Assembly (NCBI RefSeq): GCF_011386835.1
Contig: NC_088803.1
Coordinates: 5,456,001 to 5,520,000, forward strand
Length of the DNA: 64,000 nt
Reading direction: 5' to 3'
Source of the DNA: Chrysemys picta bellii
Taxonomy: Eukaryota
The notes under the pieces are model-generated. The model made no database searches and was not told where the DNA came from. It was given only the letters and a program-made list of their open reading frames with translations. Of the stretch, positions 10,807 through 21,469 are shown in pieces. The position numbers and the translations under genes are program-made. Numbering within the stretch: position 1 is the first letter of the stretch; every line of letters starts with the position of its first letter.

Positions 10807-10940
10807 TACCAGCTGAAGAGTTATAAAATACCATGGTTATTGTGTCATGACAAAGTCTGTGTTCAGTGTTCTGTGTTGCATGTTCTGTGTCTGTCTCTAG
10901 TGGTGTCCTGTGCTAGGATTGGGTCCAGAAAAAGAGGGGA
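10807..10940 (+). repeat. 134-bp direct repeat, copy 2 (flanks the Utopia 5' end)
   Basis: Same 134-mer as 4194-4327. Confidence 0.95.
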
Positions 10941-11670
10941 TACTACACTAGACAGGGCAAATGTCTTTTCCTCTCTCTACTCTCCCCATCTCCATCCAAC
11001 TTATCAATCACCCCTTGTGTCCAAAAAACTTTGGTTCCCAGTGCATCAGGTTTATTTGTTGTTAGGTTCTCTAATAGTCATTTTGTTGTTAATTTTTGTT
11101 ATTAATACATTTGTATTGTTAGTTACATTTGCTTGTATTATTATTAATTCCACACTTTCCTCTATGCACTCTGGTTCTATTTCCCCAAGCCCTGAAGGGT
11201 AGTTCTTGGGCCCCCATAACCTGTAAGACTTGGCCCATAATTGTATGGCCCCATCTTTCAGGTCCCCAGAAACCTCTGAGAACAACTGTTAAAAATAGGG
11301 AATTCTACAATATTTTAGCAACTAAATGTTAGTTTAAGTCCAAATCAGCTTAACCTTGCATAACAACTGTGGTACTCCTACAAAATCTTACTTGTTGTGT
11401 GTGCTTAAAAAGGTCCTGACCTCAGTGACTTTTATTGTTTGATGGCTATTGCAGCATCAAACTTGGGCCTCATTTTGTTTGTCAATGTACCCAATTATTG
11501 TAATGGTAATGGTTTTGTTGTATTTCCAATTATTATAATTATAATTGTTTGCATTTGTGTTTATGTTATATCTGGTGTTTAGTCAATTCTAATAGTTTTA
11601 GTTATATTCACCTGGTTATAATTGTTTGGTTTGTTTGCAACAAATACAAAAGATTTATATGGTGACCACT
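10941..11670 (+). pseudogene. Degenerate env-like / hydrophobic remnant preceding the PPT
   Basis: Hydrophobic stretches (YLLLGSLIVILLLIFVINTFVLLVTFACII; GIIVWFVCNKYKRF) at the env position, with many stops. Confidence 0.3.
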
Positions 11671-11692
11671 CAAGAATTGTTCTTGAGAGGTC

Positions 11693-11702
11693 AAAAGGGG
11701 GA
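11693..11702 (+). other. Polypurine tract
   Basis: AAAAGGGGGA followed by CAA and then the 3' LTR TG. Confidence 0.8.
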
Positions 11703-11705
11703 CAA

Positions 11706-12542
11706 TGTAGATAAATCTCTGATAATTTTCATATGACTTTACATTGTGCCTCTTCATATAACCTTGTGGTGGGTCTACCCACGTGTGACCTCTGTTTTCA
11801 TGGGACTTTGTATCAAAGCCTCATTTAGAAACTTTGCATTGCCCTTGGTATATTATAGCCCCTAAGGATAGAATAAGATAGAAGAAAATTTTCTTTTTGC
11901 TAGCAGTAGAACAAGAGCTCTCCCCCCCACTCTTAATCAATTGCCCTGTTGAATGAATGAGGTGTGGATGAGCAAGGCATGGAAGGCAGCACCTCCAGAC
12001 AGCCTCAACTGTTGGAGAGGGGCTGGGAGCCAGACCCAAGGACAATAAAACGTGTCAAGTGGGCTCATTAAAGACAAGCAGACATACTGACGGCCTCGGG
12101 GGTTAGAAGCAAGCACCTTCTTTTGGAAACACCCTCTTTGCAGCATTGGGACAACACTCAAAAGAAAGCAGCACAAAGGACCAATGGACACAGACACAGA
12201 GTTTGAATCTGGTCTAGATTTGCATAAGAGGGAAGCTGCTATAAAAGTGAGGTGTCTTGCAGAGGACCCCGGGTCTCGTCTTGTCAACATGGGAGCATCG
12301 ATCCGGATCGGCAAAAGCCCGGCTCCACCCCCTCCCCCATCTAACTCACCTGGCCAGTGAAGTTAAGGGGAGCAACTAATTGGTAACAACAAGACGGAGT
12401 GTGTTTGTGTGTGTGTGTGAGTGTAAGTGTAATATATTATATGCATATGATACAGTGTTAATGAATACATGTATTACTAATAAATGTGGCGTTTTGTCTT
12501 ATTCCCCCTGAAAAGATCCTGTGCACTACTTTAAGTACAACA
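11706..12542 (+). repeat. 3' LTR (837 bp)
   Basis: Direct repeat of 2115-2961, followed by the TSD CTAT. Confidence 0.95.
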
Positions 12543-12849
12543 CTATTTACCCCTCTCCACCCTGAACCCCGCTTTGGGCCTGGCTTCTCCCCAGCCACTG
12601 ACCCAGGAGAGTCCTGCCCCTGCCCCCGCTCACTGGGCTAGGAGCCCTTGGGGAGGGAGCCTCGCCAGGGTCACTGCCCCTCCGCACACGGATCCATGGG
12701 GCAGAATTCCCCTCCCGCAGCCCCTGGGGCCCAGCTCGGCGGCCGATCCCGCAGCGCTTTGCTGGAGTTCAACCCAGGCCTGGCCCTGCCAGGATGCCCC
12801 TCTGCACAAACAGGCACCACAGGGGAGAGTGGGCTAGAGCAATGGGGGC

Positions 12850-15800
12850 TGGGGGCAGGACTCGCGGTTCTGGGCTGGCTCAGGGAGGGGCGCGGGGGCA
12901 CAGGGGGCTGGGGCGGGGAGTGGCGTGGGGGCACATGGGGGCTGGGGCAGGACTCCTGGGTTCTGGGCTGGCCCGCGGAGTGGCGCGGGGGCACAGGGGG
13001 CTGGGGCGGGGGAGTGGCGTGGGGGCACAGGGGGCTGGGGTGGGACTCCTGGGTTCTGGGCTGGCTCGGGGAGTGGCGCGGGGGCACAGGGGGCTGGGGT
13101 GGGACTCCTGGGTTCTGGGCTGGCCCGGGGGAGTGGCGCGGGGGCACAGGGGGCTGGGGCAGGACTCCTGGGTTTTGGGCTGGCTCGGGGAGGGGGCTGG
13201 GGCAGACTCCTGGGTTCTGGGCTGGCTCGGGGAGGGGGCTGGGGCGGGGATTCCTCGGTTCTGGGCTGGCCCGCGGAATGGCGCGGGGGCACAGGGGGCT
13301 GGGGCAGGACTCCTGGGTTTTGGGCTGGGGCAGGACTCCTGGGTTCTGGGCTGGCTCGGGGAGGGGGCTGGGGCGGGATTCCTGGGTTCTGGGCTGGCCC
13401 GGGGAGTGGCGCGGGGGCACAGGGGGCTGGGGCGGGGAGTGGCGTGGGGGCACAGGGGGCTGGGGCGGGACTCCTGGGTTCTGGGCTGGCCCGGGGAGTG
13501 GCGCGGGGGCACAGGGGGCTGGGGCGGGGAGTGGCGTGGGGGCACAGGGGGCTGGGGCGGGACTCCTGGGTTCTGGGCTGGCCCGGGGAGTGGTGCGGGG
13601 GCACAGGGGGCTGGGGCAGGACTCCTGGGTTTTGGGCTGGCTCGGGGAGTGGCGCGGGGGCACAGGGGGCTGGGGCAGGACTCCTGGGTTTTGGGCTGGC
13701 TCGGGGAGGGGGCTGGGGCGGGATTCCTGGGTTCTGGGCTGGCCCGCGGAATGGCGCGGGGGCACAGGGGGCTGGGGCAGGACTCCTGGGTTCTGGGCTG
13801 GCTCGGGGAGGGGGCTGGGGGTGGGATTCCTGGGTTCCGGGCTGGCCCGGGGAGTGGCGCGGGGGCACAGGGGGCTGGGGCGGGGAGTGGCGTGGGGGCA
13901 CAGGGGGCTGGGGCGGGACTCCTGGGTTCTGGGCTGGGGCGGGGAGTGGCGCGGGGGCACAGGGGGCTGGGGCGGGGAGTGGCGTGGGGGCACAGGGGGG
14001 CTGGGGCGGGACTCCTGGGTTCTGGGCTGGCCCGGGGAGTGACGCGGGGGCACAGGGGGCTGGGGCGGGGAGTGGCGGGGGGGGCACAGGGGGGCTGGGG
14101 CGGGACTCCTGGGTTCTGGGCTGGCCCGCGGGCACAGGGGGCTGGGGCGGGGAGTGGCGTGGGGGGCACAGGGGGCTGGGGCGGGACTCCTGGGTTCTGG
14201 GCTGGCCCGGGGAGTGGCGCGGGGGCACAGGGGGCTGGGGTGGGGAAGTGGCGTGGGGGCACAGGGGGCTGGGGGCGGGACTCATGGGTTCTGGGGCTGG
14301 CACCGGGGAGTGGCGCCGGGGCACAGGGGGCTGGGGCGGGGAGTGGCGTGGGGGGCACAGGGGGGCTGGGGCGGGACTCCTGGTTCTGGCAGGCCCCGTG
14401 GAGTGGCGCAGGGGGCAAGGGGGCTGGGGCGGGGAGTGGCGTGGGGGGCACAGGGGGCTGGGGCGGGGACTCCTGGGTTCTGGGCAGGCCCGCGGAGTGG
14501 GCGCGGGGGGCACAGGGGGCTGGGGCGGGGGAGTGGCGTGGGGGCACAGGGGGCTGGGGCGGGACTCCTGGGTTCTGGGCTGGCCCGGGGAGTGACGCGG
14601 GGGCACAGGGGGCTGGGGGCGGGGAGTGGCGTGGGGGCACAGGGGGCTGGGGCGGGACTCCTGGGTTCTGGGCAGGGCCCGCGGGCACAGGGGGCTGGGG
14701 CGGGGAGTGGCGTGGGGGCACAGGGGGCTGGGGCGGGACTCCTGGGTTCTGGGCTGGCCCGGGGAGTGACGGCGTGGGGCACAGGGGGGCTGGGGGGGCT
14801 GGGGAGTGGCGTGGGGCACAGGGGGGCTGGGGCGGGACTCCTGGGTTCTGGGCTGGCCCGGAGTGGCGCGGGGGCACAGGGGGGGCTGGGGCGGGGAGTG
14901 GCGTGGGGGGCACAGGGGGCTGGGGCGGGACTCCTGGGTTCTGGGCATGGCCGCGGGAGTGGCGCGGGGGCACAGGGGGCTGGGGCGGGGAGTGGCGTGG
15001 GGGGCACAGGGGGCTGGGGCGGGACTCCCTGGGTTCTGGGCTGGCCCCGGGAGTGGCGCGGGGGCACAGGGGGGCTGGGGCGGGGAAGTGGCGTGGGGGC
15101 ACAGGGGGCTGGGGCGGGACTCCTGGGTTCTGGGCTGGCCCCGGGGAGTGGCGCGGGGTGGCGGGGGGCACAAGGGGGCTGGGGCGGGGCCTGTCGGCTG
15201 GCCCGGGGAGGCAGCGGGGCACAGGCGGGCGGGTGGCGGCTCCTGGGCTGGGCAGGGGTGCCTGGGCCTCTGGGATGGGGCGGGGGCACAGGGGGGCTTG
15301 GGGCGGGACGTCGGGCTGTGGAGCGTGGGCACAGGGGGGCTGGGGCGGGACTCCTGGGTTCTGGGGCTGGCCCGGGGAGTGGCGCGGGGGCACAGGGGGC
15401 TGGCCCGGGGAGTGGCGTGGGGGCACAGGGGGCTGAGGCGGGGACTCCTGGGTTCTGGGGCTGGCCCGGGGGGAGTGGCGCGGGGGCACAGGGGGCTGCG
15501 TGCGGGGACTCCTGGGTTCTGGGGGCTGGCGCCCGGGGAGTGGCGCGGGGGCACAGGGGGCTGGGGCGGGACTCCTGGGTTCTCGGGCTGGCCCGGGGTA
15601 GGTGGCGCGGGGGCACAGGGGGCTGAGGCCGGGACCTCCATGGGTTCTGGGCTGGCCCGGGGGAGTGGCGCGGGCGGGGGGGCACAGGGGGCTGGGGCGG
15701 GACTACCTGGGTTCTGGGCTGGCCCGGGGAGTGGCGCGGGGGCACAGGGGGCTGGCCCGGGGAGTGGCGCGGGCGGCACAGTGGGGCTGGGGCGGGACTT

Positions 15801-15898
15801 CCTGGGTTCTCTGGGCTGGCCCCGGGGAGTGGCGCGGGGGCACAGGGGGCCTGGGGCGGGGGAGTGGCGCGGGGCACAGGGGGCTGGGGGCGGGGATT
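12850..15898. repeat. G-rich minisatellite (about 55-60-bp units) ending at an assembly gap (10 N, 15899-15908)
   Basis: Unit ggggctggggcgggactcctgggttctgggctggcccggggagtggcgcgggggcacag repeated over 3 kb. Confidence 0.95.
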
Positions 15899-15974
15899 NN
15901 NNNNNNNNGCCCAGGTTGGGAGGGTCGCTGGCCCCCTGTGGTGGCCATCTTGGGTGTGGGGCGGCTGTCCTGGC

Positions 15975-18900
15975 TCACTCATCCTTCTCCACCTTGATCT
16001 CGAGGAAGGGGTGGAGGTCAGGGCAGAAGGCCTTGTCGGGGCGGGGGGAAAGGGGCGGACCTGGAGTCCCCCCCCTCTTCGCGCTCCTGGAAGCGGGGGT
16101 CGTAGAGGTGGGGGGGCAGGAGCTGGGCCTCGGCGGAGGGCAGGCGCTCGGAGGGCGGCCCGTAGACCCGGTTGGCCTTGGCACCGTGCTTGGCATTGAT
16201 GTCCAGGCGGTAGCAGAGCTGGGTGAGGGGGGCGGCACGGAAGCGGGGGGGACCGGGCCACCCACACCCCCGGTTCGCTCGGGCTGTCCTCCTCGTCTGA
16301 CATGAGCTCCTCCGTCACGCCCCGCCACAGCCGCTGTTCCTCAGGGCCCAGCAGCCGTGCCACGCCCGCCCGGTTGGCAAAGAGCTGGGGGGCAAGACGG
16401 GGGGTCAGCCCGACCGCGCTGTGAGAGGCTCTGGCCCTGCCCCCTGCCACGGCCAGGCACGGCCGCGCCCCACCACGCACCTGTCCCGTCACACCCCGCA
16501 CGTGGCCCCCACTCCCTGCTGTTTACAGCCCCCTGCCCTGCACCTACATAACCCCGATCCACATGCTGTGCCTCCCGCATGGCCCCGCCCCCTGCTGTGC
16601 ACAACCCCCAACCCTCCTAACATGCACCTCTCATGGCCCCTGCACCCCCCTTGGCACCACCCTCTGCCCCTTCCGGTACCCCACCATGCCAGGCCCCTCA
16701 CCCGGTAGCGCCGGCTCCGCAGTTTCTTCTCCTCCTTTTCCTTCAGCCCTTGAAGGGGTTCAGGGAATTGCGATACTCGCGCCGCTTGGTCAGGAAGTAC
16801 GCCACGCAGGCACCTGGGCACGACAGGGCTCGGTCAGCAGCACGCCAAGGGCACCGAGGGGGCAGGGGTCGGGCAGGAAGCGCCAAGGGCACAGAGAGGG
16901 GGCAGAGGTCAGGCAAGAAGAACGCCAAGGGACACACAGAAGGGGCAGAGGTCAGAGGTTGGGCAGGAAGCATGCCCAGGGGCACAGAGAGGGGTCAGAG
17001 GTCGGGCAGGAAGTGCCAAGGGGCACAGGGAGGGGGCAGAGGTCAGGCAGGAAGCGCGCCCAGGGGCACAGGAAGGGGCAGAGGTCAGCAGGAAGCGCGC
17101 CAGGGCACAGGGAGGGGTCAGAGGTCAGGCAGGAAGCGTGCCGAGGGGCACAGAGAGGGGCAGAGGTCCGGCAGGAAGCACGCCGAGAGGCACAGAGAAG
17201 GGGCAGAGGTCAGGCAGGAAGCGCCAAGGGGCATAGAGAGGGGTCAGAAGTCAGGCAGGAAGCGTGCCGAGGGGCACAGAGAGGGGGCAGAGGTCCGGCA
17301 GGAAGCACGCCGAGAGGCACAGGAAGGGGCAGAGGTCAGGCAGGAAGCGCGCCCAGGGGCACAGGGAGGGGTCAGAGGTCAGGCAGGAAGCGCCGAGGGG
17401 CACAGGGAGGGGTTAGTGGTCCGGCAGGAAGCACCGAGGGGTACAGAGAGGGGGCAGAGGTCAGGCAGGAAGCACGCCGAGGGGCACACAGAGGGGGGCA
17501 GAGGTCAGGCAGGAAGAATGCCGAGCGGCACACAGAGGGGGCAGAGGTCAGATGTCAGGCAGGAAGCGTGCCAAGGGGCACAGAGAGGGGTCAGAGGTCA
17601 GGCAGGAAGAACGCCGAGCAGCACACAGAGGGGTCAGAGGTCAGGCAGGAAGAACGCCGAGCGGCACACAGAGGGGGCAGAGGTGAGGCAGGAAGAACGC
17701 TGAGCGGCACACAGAGGGGTCAGAGGTCGGGCAGGAAGCATGCTAAGGGACACAAAGAAGGGGCAGTGGGCAGAGATCGGGCAGGAAGCGTGCCACGGGG
17801 CATCGGGGGGACAGGGTGTAAACACGCGCTCACCCTTCAGTTCCTTGTCCGTGTAGTTGTGCTGACTCGTCACCAGTTCATGCCTCAGTTTCTCCAACAG
17901 GAATTTCACCACCCCAATGTTCCAGGAAGACTTGATGCTGCCAAGGGGGCAGAAGGGAGGGTGAGAGTCATGCCAGAGCCCTGCATCCCACTGCCAGACA
18001 GGTCTAGAGGTTAGAGAGTTGGGGCTGGGAACCAGCACTCCTGGGTTCTATCCCAGCTCTGGGAGTGGAGGGGTCGAATGATTAGACAGGAGGGGGAGGG
18101 TAATGGAAGGACTCCTGGGTTCTCTCCTGGCTCTAGGAGGGCGGGTGGGTCTAGTGGTTAGAGGGGAGGGGGAGGGCATGGCAAGACTCCTTTGCAGGGA
18201 GGGACTCACCTCTCAGAGCCGTTGAATCTCCTCTGGTTCGTGATGTGGTTGTGGACATTATGGACGAGTTTCTGTGGGGCAGACAGTAAGTCATTGGGGT
18301 GAGGGGTCCCCAGGCCGCCCCCCCACCATCCTGGGCAGCCCCCACTCACCGACAGCACCAGGTCCCTCTTGCGCCGGGTGTTCTTGGGCCCGTTGCCCCG
18401 GCTGCGGCAGGGGGTGCTGATGAACCCCAGGGAGAACCGGGGCTCCCCAGGCCACCATCCTCTAGGGCAGTGCAGGGGGACGGCTCCTCGGAGCCCGAGG
18501 GCGAGGGCTCCCCCACGGGCTGGGGGGAAGGGGAGGGGGTGGTGGGGAAAGCCGGGACCACCACTCGCTGATGGGGGACCTCCAGGGGGGGCAGCTCCTC
18601 AGCACCTTGGGGAGCGGGGGAGAAATGCATCAGCCCTGATGGTGCACCTCACTCCCGACCCGCAGCCCCCTGGGATCACCCCACACCACTGCAGTGCCCC
18701 TCACTCCCAACCTGCAGCCCCCTGCAACCTGCCCAGCCCCTCACTCCTGACCCATAGCCCTGTGGTGCCCCTCACTCTTGACCTGCAGCACCCTGGGATC
18801 CGCCCCCAGCCCTGCTGGTGCCCCTCACTCCCGACCCACAGCACCCTGCAACCCCCCCCCCCCCCCAGCTCTGGCATTGCCCTTCAAGCCCCAGGCGCCA

Positions 18901-19515
18901 AGTGGAGGTTGGCGTGACTCCCATAATGCATCACTGCCGAGCAGTCTTAGACAGAAGCCAGCTGTTCCCGGCCAGAGGGGGCTAAGCAAGCACCATGGCA
19001 GGGCGCGGAGGGTCTGTGGCTCACACACCCCACCCAGTCCCGAGTCTCCAGGCTGCACGGGTGAGAAACCCAGACGTCCAGACGGCCCTGCCGCTGCCCC
19101 TAGCTGCCTCAGCTCCTCGATCACCACTTGGACGCTGCTCCCCAAGCCTTCAGCCTCCTCCTCCTCGGCCGCCAGCGGGGGGGGGCTGGCCTTGACAGTT
19201 GGGTGCGCCTCCCTCCGCAGTCCCCCCACCTCCTCCTCCAGCCGCCGCAGGGCCTGGTTGTTGGCCTTGGCCAGGGCCAGGGCGGCTTCGGCCAGCCCCA
19301 CGGCCTTGTCCAGGCGCTGGTAGATGACGTGCAGCAGCTGCTCGGAGCTCTGCACCGCCAACCCATGGCCCGAGACGCTGATGGGGGCGCAGGGGTGCGG
19401 GGGGCCGGCCGCGCTACCCCCCCCTCCGCCCCCGGCTCCCGCTTGCAGGCACAGCAGCAGCCTGTGGCCTCCTGGGCGCCGGGGGGTGAGAAGAGGATGT
19501 GGCGCTGAAGGACAT
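15975..19515 (-). CDS. C14orf93: C14orf93 orthologue, 6 coding exons, with several 1-nt homopolymer indels
   Basis: Exons: about 19025-19515 (MSFSA..., VQSSEQLLHVIYQRLDKAVGLAEAAL), 18350-18605 (...NTRRKRDLVLS), 18210-18271 (KLVHNVHNHITN), 17834-17937 (IKSSWNIGVVKFLLEKL), 16702-16813 (ACVAYFLTKRREYRNSLNPFK), 15975-16384 (LFANR...EIKVEKDE*). All introns GT-AG. Confidence 0.9.
16830..17800. repeat. About 40-bp purine-rich minisatellite in a C14orf93 intron
   Basis: gggcacagagagggggcagaggtcaggcaggaagcgcgcc units. Confidence 0.9.
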
Positions 19516-19689
19516 GGTGGTCCCAAGGGATTGTGGGAGCTTCCCCCTCAGCATCCCCGGCACGGGCAGCCAGGGCGCAGGCACACCCACGAGTGGCTCC
19601 CAGAGCCCATGGCGCTCCTGAGTGGGGGTGAGCGCTGCAAGGGCTGAGGGGAGGGAAAGTCAAGGAAAATACGACCTCTGGGGGGGTGG

Positions 19690-20650
19690 ATTGGGGGGGT
19701 GGATTGGCATGACCCAGGGGTGGGTGTCTGTGAGGGGGGGCTTGGTGGTTGCAAGTGGGGGGTTGGTGTGACGGGGGGCAGCTCTGAGGTGGGGGGGGCA
19801 ATTGTGAGAGCGGGGTTGGCATGACCCAGGGAGATGGCTGCGAGGGTGGGGTTGGCATGACCAAGGGATAGCTATGGGGGGGGCGTAGTGGGGGTTGATG
19901 TGACATGGGCTGGGGGAGTTGGCAAGACACAGGGCGTGGGGGGTGGCGTGACATGGGGCTGGAGGGTTGGCATGATGCCAGGGTGGGTGGGTTGGCAAGA
20001 CACAGGGTGGGGAGGTTGGTGTGATGTGGGGCCAGGGGGGTTGACGTGACACGGGGCTGGGGTGGGAGGATTGGCGTGACACAGGGCTGGGGGGGTTGGG
20101 ATGATGCTAGGGTGGGTGGGTTGGCGAGACACAGGCTGGTGGGGTTGCTGTGACATGGGGCTGAGGGGGGGTTGGCGTGACACAGGGCTGGGGTGGGGAG
20201 GTTGGTGTGATGCGGGGCCAGGGGGGTTGACGTGACACGGGCTGAGGAGGGGTTGGCGTGACACGGGCTGAGGGGGGGTTGGCGTGACACAGGGCCGGGG
20301 GTTGGCATGATGCCAGGGTGGGTGGGTTGGCGAGACACAGGCTGGTGGGGTTGCTGTGACATGGGGCCCGGGGGGTTGACGTGACACAGGGCTGGGGTGG
20401 GGAGGTTGGCTGTGATGCGGGGCCAGGGGGGTTGACGTGACACGGGGCTGAGGGGGGGTTGGCGTGACACAGGGCCGGGGGTTGGCATGATGCCAGGGTG
20501 GGTGGGTTGGCGAGACACAGGCTGGTGGGGTTGCTGTGACATGGGGCCCGGGGGGTTGGCGTGACACAGGGCTGGGGTGGGGAGGTTGGTGTGATGCGGG
20601 GCCGGGGGTTGGCATGATGCCAGGGTGGCTGGGTTGGCGTGATGCAGGCC
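19690..20650. repeat. Minisatellite in C14orf93 intron 1
   Basis: gggggttggcgtgacacagggctgg-type units. Confidence 0.85.
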
Positions 20651-20760
20651 GAGGGGGTTGGAACAGGGGCTTGTGTGACACAGGGCTGGGAGTCCCCCGG
20701 GATCCTCATTTCCATAAATCTAACGATACCCCATCCCGTCCAGGGCCGTTGGTTGTTTAC

Positions 20761-21090
20761 TTGGGGCCCAACGGTTTAGAATCCCGCCTGCTCAACGTTC
20801 CACTCCGTGTGCAGCGCGCGACCGAGAGAGGTCGGGGGGGTGGGGTGGCGACGGGAGGAGGGAGCGAGCGCTGCGGCCGTGTACAAAGCGCCGCGCCCCC
20901 TCGCCCCTAACGCTCTCATTGGCTAGCGTGGTAAAAGCCTAAAGGAGCCGATTGGCTGAGAGCTGGCTGTCGCTGGGCCAGGGCAGAAGGGAGAGGGGGT
21001 CAGGGAGCAGAGAGGGGAGAAGGGGTCCCTACAGGGGGACTTTGATGTTGGCCCTTTTCATGGCCACCCCGTAGCCATCTTGGATTTCAG
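20761..21090 (-). promoter_or_regulatory. Putative C14orf93 promoter and non-coding first exon
   Basis: CpG-rich, non-repetitive segment. ATTGG boxes near 20917 and 20951, YY1 motif (CAAGATGGC on the minus strand) near 21075, candidate donor AA|GTAAAC near 20760. Confidence 0.5.
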
Positions 21091-21469
21091 GCTGCCCCTT
21101 CCCCCCAAACAGATGATCTCCAGACCTGGGTCACGCCTACCACCTCCTGTCATGTCACGCCAACCTCTGTCATGGCCACCCCAGCCTGGGTCATGCCAAC
21201 CCCCCCACCTCTTGTCAGGTCACGCCAACCTCTGTCATGGCCGCCCCACACACAGCCCTCCTCCCCACATGTGTGGCCCTCCTCCATCGCGGCCTCTCTG
21301 TCCATCCCTCCCTACACATGGCCAGTGGTGCTGGAACATTTTTAATAGTGGGGGTGCTGAAAGCCAGCCCCCTTACCACTGTGCACCCCGACCCCCAAGC
21401 TGAGGCTGGGAGCAGGGCTGCACCACCTCCCACACCCCTAGTTCCCATGCCTATGCATGCGGCCCTTCT

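Larger units (their letters stand above)
2115..12542 (+). mobile_element. Non-autonomous LTR retroelement (ERV- or Gypsy-like), two-LTR provirus carrying a nested Utopia insertion
   Basis: TG...CA LTRs at 2115-2961 and 11706-12542. 4-bp target-site duplication (TSD) CTAT at 2111-2114 and 12543-12546. Primer-binding site (PBS) at 2965 and polypurine tract (PPT) at 11693. Only about 2.1 kb of its own internal sequence; no pol motifs seen. Confidence 0.93.

Noticed and set aside
10700-10810. HDV-like ribozyme at the Utopia 5' end (GGCTAAC-GCAG resembles J4/2-P2)
   Set aside because: I could not build P1, P1.1 and P3 in the canonical order by eye; a covariance-model search would be needed.
10669-11202. 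177-aa plus-strand ORF with a hydrophobic segment as an intact env or novel gene
   Set aside because: It is a chimera spanning the Utopia 5' end, the 134-bp duplication and LTR-element sequence, with no start context from the LTR element.
12850-15898. CRISPR-like periodicity in this and other arrays
   Set aside because: Units are head-to-tail with no unique spacers, there are no cas genes, and the context is spliced vertebrate genes.
15941-15956. YY1-like motif just after the C14orf93 stop
   Set aside because: A single 9-mer next to a gap, with no other promoter features.
12648-16501. Very long Pro/Gly-rich ORFs (up to 981 aa) in several frames, also at 19121-20715, 40334-42809, 44536-45416, 57567-59061, 60017-61622 and 62517-63443
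   Set aside because: They coincide with GC-rich minisatellites that lack stop codons in most frames on both strands; no domain signatures.
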